A stretch of DNA of 64,000 nucleotides, from NCBI GenBank assembly GCA_001724265.1, contig MEDY01000268.1:1-64000 (forward strand), read 5' to 3'. Shown here one piece after another: positions 60,365-64,000 of this stretch; position 1 is the first letter of the stretch; each line of letters opens with the position of its first letter. The notes beneath the pieces were generated by a model. The model was not told the DNA's origin. It saw only the letters and a program-made list of their open reading frames with translations, and ran no database searches. The translations under genes and the position numbers were made by a program. This stretch comes from Rhizaria sp. SCN 62-66. Lineage: Eukaryota.

Positions 60365-62607
60365 TCACTGGTAGAACGCGCTGCGCGCAGGCGCCTTAAT
60401 GCCCGCGACCCGGCGCGGCGGCGCGCGCTCCAAGTACGCCAGAGTGTCGTACCACTCGCACTTGGCCGCGGCCTCTTCCGTCATTCCACGAGCACTGCCG
60501 TTCTCGCTGTTGCTATCACTGGCAGCCTTGCAAGTGCGTGCTGCAATGCGGGCGCTGCGGGCGACGTAGGGCAGCATGGGTAGCCCGTCGGGCCCCAGTT
60601 CCTCCTTGCCCTCCGCACTCGCACTCGCCTTCGGACTGGCACTGGCGTTACATTCAGCGCTGTTCGTGACACAACGCGCCTTGTTGACCGCGACGCCGTC
60701 GCGCATGCCAATGCTGACGCAGTAGTGCCCCTGAATGAGGTGCCACTCCTCGAACTCGTCGAAGATCTCGATCCGCTCCGTCCGCTGCAGCACCCCCCGC
60801 TCGATGTAGTAGCCGTACACGTCGTTCATGCTCCACGCGCCGTGCCGCGCGAAGCCCAGCTCGAGGAAGCGTCGCCGCTGCGCCTTGAGGTCCGGGTAGG
60901 CAGGCAGCCCAAGCAGCGGGCAGCCGCGCGCCGCGAGGTTGGCCATCATGGTGCGCCCGAACGGGTCGTTGGGGTGGATCTGTTCGTATGTGGCCAGCAC
61001 CACGGGCCCCGTAAACGCGCCAACGACGCCCGAGCCCAGGACCGTGGCGGTGACTGGCGCGCCGTTGCTGTTGCTGGTGTCGGCGCTGGCCACGGTCGTC
61101 GTCTTGAGCACCGTCTCCGTCTCCGCGTCAGCAGCTGCGCTGTTGCTGTTGCTGTTGCTGTTGTCGGTCTCGCTCGCGCTCGCAGCCGCCGCAGCCGCTG
61201 CTGCAGCGGGAGTGGGCAGGGAGGCGACGTACGACAGCACGCCGGCGCTATCGTGCGGCTTCATGTACACGAGCACACACTCGGACAGAAACAGCGTCGG
61301 AGCCGCGAAGTTAAGCCGCGTGTGCTGAGTCAACAAAGCGTGGAGCGCGGGGATGTCGCGCAAGTCGGCGCCCACGAGCGCAAAGTCGCGCCAGCGGCCG
61401 CGCGCCGCGCCGAGCTCAGGCAACTGCGACTATGACGGTGTCGAGGAGGAGGACGACGACGACGACGATGACGAGGCAGATCCGCTACTGCATGAGTCGG
61501 CGTATGCAATGTTGAAGCAGTTGGGGTTGGGCGCGGCGAGGTGTGTCTGGAGCTCAGGCGTGGCGGCGATGATCGCGAGCTTCTGCGCCACAGACGACTC
61601 GAAGTCGATCTCGACGTAGTAGTCTGGGGTCTGCCGGGGGTCACCGGTGGCCTTGAGGCGCCAGTAGGTGGTGTCAAAGCCCGCGCCCAGAGACACAACC
61701 TGAGAAGTCAAACAAAACAACACAACATAGCAGAACAGAAAATGGTTGTGAGAAGCGAGATGTGAGCATGTGAGAGTACAACTTATCTGATGGATGAGAA
61801 GCACTTAAACACGTGCAAGATATAAACGGTCAGTGAATGGTCAAGGTTTCGCGCTTAACGCGGGCGGCGTACCTGTGCAGGAAGCCCGTGCGCGCGCGAG
61901 ACGGCGACGAACTCCTGGAGCAGCTGGTCGAGCGCCTGCACGCGGGAGAAGTACCCGCGGTTGATGAGCGGGGACCGCCGCACGAAGGCTGGCGGGAGAA
62001 GTGTCGCGGGCGCGGGCGCGGGGGCCGGCGCGGGCACAGTGGTGGCCGCGGATGAGGAGGACGACGCCGTGGCGGCGGAGCCGCCCAGGGGAGCGGGCTG
62101 GACCGGGGCGGGCTGCGCCGGGGCAGCATCAGTCTCGGGAGCGGCAGCAGAGGCAGCGGCGGGGGTTGGGGTCTGAGGTGCGCGGGGGCGGGTGTTGGGC
62201 AGCGCCGGGTGGGCAAAAAAGGTGATAAAGTCGTCCTTGAAGTAGCCCAGCTGCGCCGCGGACCTGTGGCGGGACAGCGAAACAGCGGAGCGCGTGTGAC
62301 GAGATGAGCGAAGAAGCAAGGAAAGATGACGAATTGCGGCGTGACAAGAGGACAGAGAGTGAGCGCGGCCGAGGAGATATATATAAAATAGGCAAGATAA
62401 CCGATGTTGACAAAAATGATGGCTCGGCGGACATTGAAACGGTCGGCGCAGTGTGCAAGGGGAGGATTGCAAGAAGAGGGATGATGCGACTAGAGGATTG
62501 ACATACAGCTTTGAGAGAATAGCATCGTTGGCGGTCTTGCGGACCTCGAGGCCAGCATTGACACCGGCAGCGGCGTCCTCCAAACCCATGGGGCCGGTGG
62601 CTTGCAT
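60365..62607 (-). CDS. LCMT1: Leucine carboxyl methyltransferase (LCMT1/Ppm1); 3 exons (62607-62507, 62263-61873, 61699-60365), about 608 aa, in-frame TAG at 61430-61432
   Basis: TANDAILSKLSAAQLGYFKDDF, RRSPLINRGYFSRV, QVVSLGAGFDT and YVEIDF lie before the TAG. ALVGADLRD, PTLFLSECVLVYM, YEQIHPNDPFG and EIFDEFEEWHLIQGHYC lie after it. Ends in TGA. Confidence 0.9.
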
Positions 62608-62922
62608 TGCAGAGCGCGCGCTGAAGACCGATGTGAGATTTGAAAGACATTACGAAGTCAAGTGGTTGGGGGACAGGGGTGGGAGTCGGTGTGAGTGAAG
62701 GGTTGCCCGAAAAGATCATTAGAGAGAGACAGCAAGCAGTTCAAGACATATAATAGAAAGAAATTGCTTTTTATATCAGATCCCGTATTGAGTTATTTGG
62801 AAAGTCGCAGGTGACGGATATTTAGCGAGAGTGAGCATCCGATTCTTGAACCCTCGCGCACTCACTCATCAACCACGACTGCACCTCGCCCCACGCACTT
62901 CGCTCTTTCGCTCCAGACCGGC

Positions 62923-63645
62923 ATGAGTTCATTCTGTCCGCTGTGCGGCAACGGTCTTCAGATCAAGGAAGACGCTCAGCTACGTTATATCTGCCGCACG
63001 TGCCCTTATACGTGCTCTATCGTCCGCGACCAGATTTTCCCCCTCAACCTCAAGAAGAAGCAGGTTGACGATGTCCTCGGCGGCTCCGAGGCCTGGGAGA
63101 ACGTCGACAAGACCCAGGGTACGCATACATGCTACAATACGTTTGTATCACCTCTGTTTTATCCCCACAGCGCGTGTGTTTATCCTCCAGTACTTATCGT
63201 GCCGACCGTTTTCCCACTCTTTCACGCGCGCTTACTCACACTCTCTCTTTTTTTCTCTCTGTTCCCCGTTCGATGTTTTGTTGCGACTCTACAGTCACGT
63301 GCCCCAAGTGCGGCAACCAAGAAGCCTATTTCATGCAGATTCAGACGCGCTCTGCCGACGAGGTACGCCTTTTTTGCACTCTTCCAACTCTCTCACTCTC
63401 CCATACCAACACACACGCTTGGCTTGACGCTCTTAACTAACACACGCCTCAGGACTTGACTCACTCATGTTATATCTCTATCTATACTATACTCACTTTT
63501 TCATGTTTATCTTTTATTTCAAATTTCACCACTTGTTGTTTGTCATTCCTGCTGCCGCTATTCTCATAATCACCCACAGCCGATGACGACGTTCTACAAG
63601 TGCACCAACATGCGCGAGTGCGGCGCCCGCTGGAAGGAAGGTTAA
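62923..63645 (+). CDS. POLR3K: RNA polymerase III subunit RPC11/C11; 3 exons (62923-63118, 63295-63362, 63580-63645), 109 aa
   Basis: FCPLCGNGL...CRTCPY, KKQVDDVLGG..AWENVD, TCPKCGNQEAYFMQIQTRSADE-PMTTFYKC...RWKE. Ends in TAA. Confidence 0.95.
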
Positions 63646-64000
63646 AGCTTGGCAACAGCGCTCAAGCAAGCGTACGCCACGCCACGCAGCTTGCTTGTAT
63701 TGCATTTTGCTTTTCCTCAGCCTTGCGATGGTCATTTATTGGTGACAGGTGGCCACGCGCCGCACCGCAGGCGCCACAGACAAGCGTCTCATCAGCGCGT
63801 ACTGTCTTTGCGTCTGCTCTGAGGCGCTCAAGCAGCCCGGCGTCCCGTCAGTGATGTCAGACGCAGTGCGGTGCGCGCGTATGCAGTGCTAGAGCGTGGC
63901 CGATGCGCGCCGTTGCAACCGCCGTCTTTAGCTACGTCTGCGTGTAACCGCAGTCGTTGGCCACTACTCTCATTTCCACCCCCGTAGATACCACTTGTTA

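Noticed and set aside
2190-61432. Four independent pseudogenes as the explanation for the internal stops
   Set aside because: Each gene has only one lesion, always TAG, with no frameshifts or TAA/TGA. Motifs on both sides are intact and no gene in the window ends in TAG. Not formally excluded without reads.
2190-61432. Pyrrolysine or selenocysteine recoding
   Set aside because: Sec uses UGA, which is the main stop here. Pyl is not known in eukaryotes, and most sites lie in low-complexity or poly-Gln contexts rather than catalytic positions.
7345-61432. In-frame TAGs acting as 3' splice acceptors of hidden introns
   Set aside because: Flanks are GC-rich and coding-like, without the AT-rich body, pyrimidine tract and GTAYG donor seen in real introns here.
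704-63645. Ciliate-type code with both TAA and TAG as Gln
   Set aside because: TAA sits at the expected C-terminus of RPC11 and the ACAD and ends three other models. I saw no in-frame TAA within coding exons.
1-64000. CRISPR arrays, transposons, tRNA or rRNA genes (including a suppressor tRNA-CUA)
   Set aside because: None recognisable by eye. The repeats are coding trinucleotide runs or short duplications. A tRNAscan-SE/Rfam run is needed to exclude small RNAs.

Overview
Gene-dense, GC-rich nuclear DNA from a eukaryote, most likely a protist. I can model 17 protein-coding genes with 19 AT-richer GT-AG spliceosomal introns (100-494 nt, donors GTAYG). They include a mitochondrion-targeted rhodoquinone biosynthesis protein RquA, SmE, a long LRR protein, exocyst Sec3, a SET/AT-hook protein, a cytochrome b5-acyl-CoA dehydrogenase fusion, MiaB/CDK5RAP1, cystinosin, importin-9, PIG-T, TMEM135, an RCC1-repeat protein, LCMT1 and RPC11. 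The main signal is a non-standard nuclear genetic code. Four otherwise intact genes (rquA, the LRR gene, PIG-T, LCMT1) each carry one in-frame TAG, one of them inside a poly-Gln run. All 17 gene models end in TGA (12) or TAA (5), never TAG. This points to UAG being read as an amino acid, most likely glutamine, while UAA stays a stop. Gene identities come from motif recognition by eye, not database searches.
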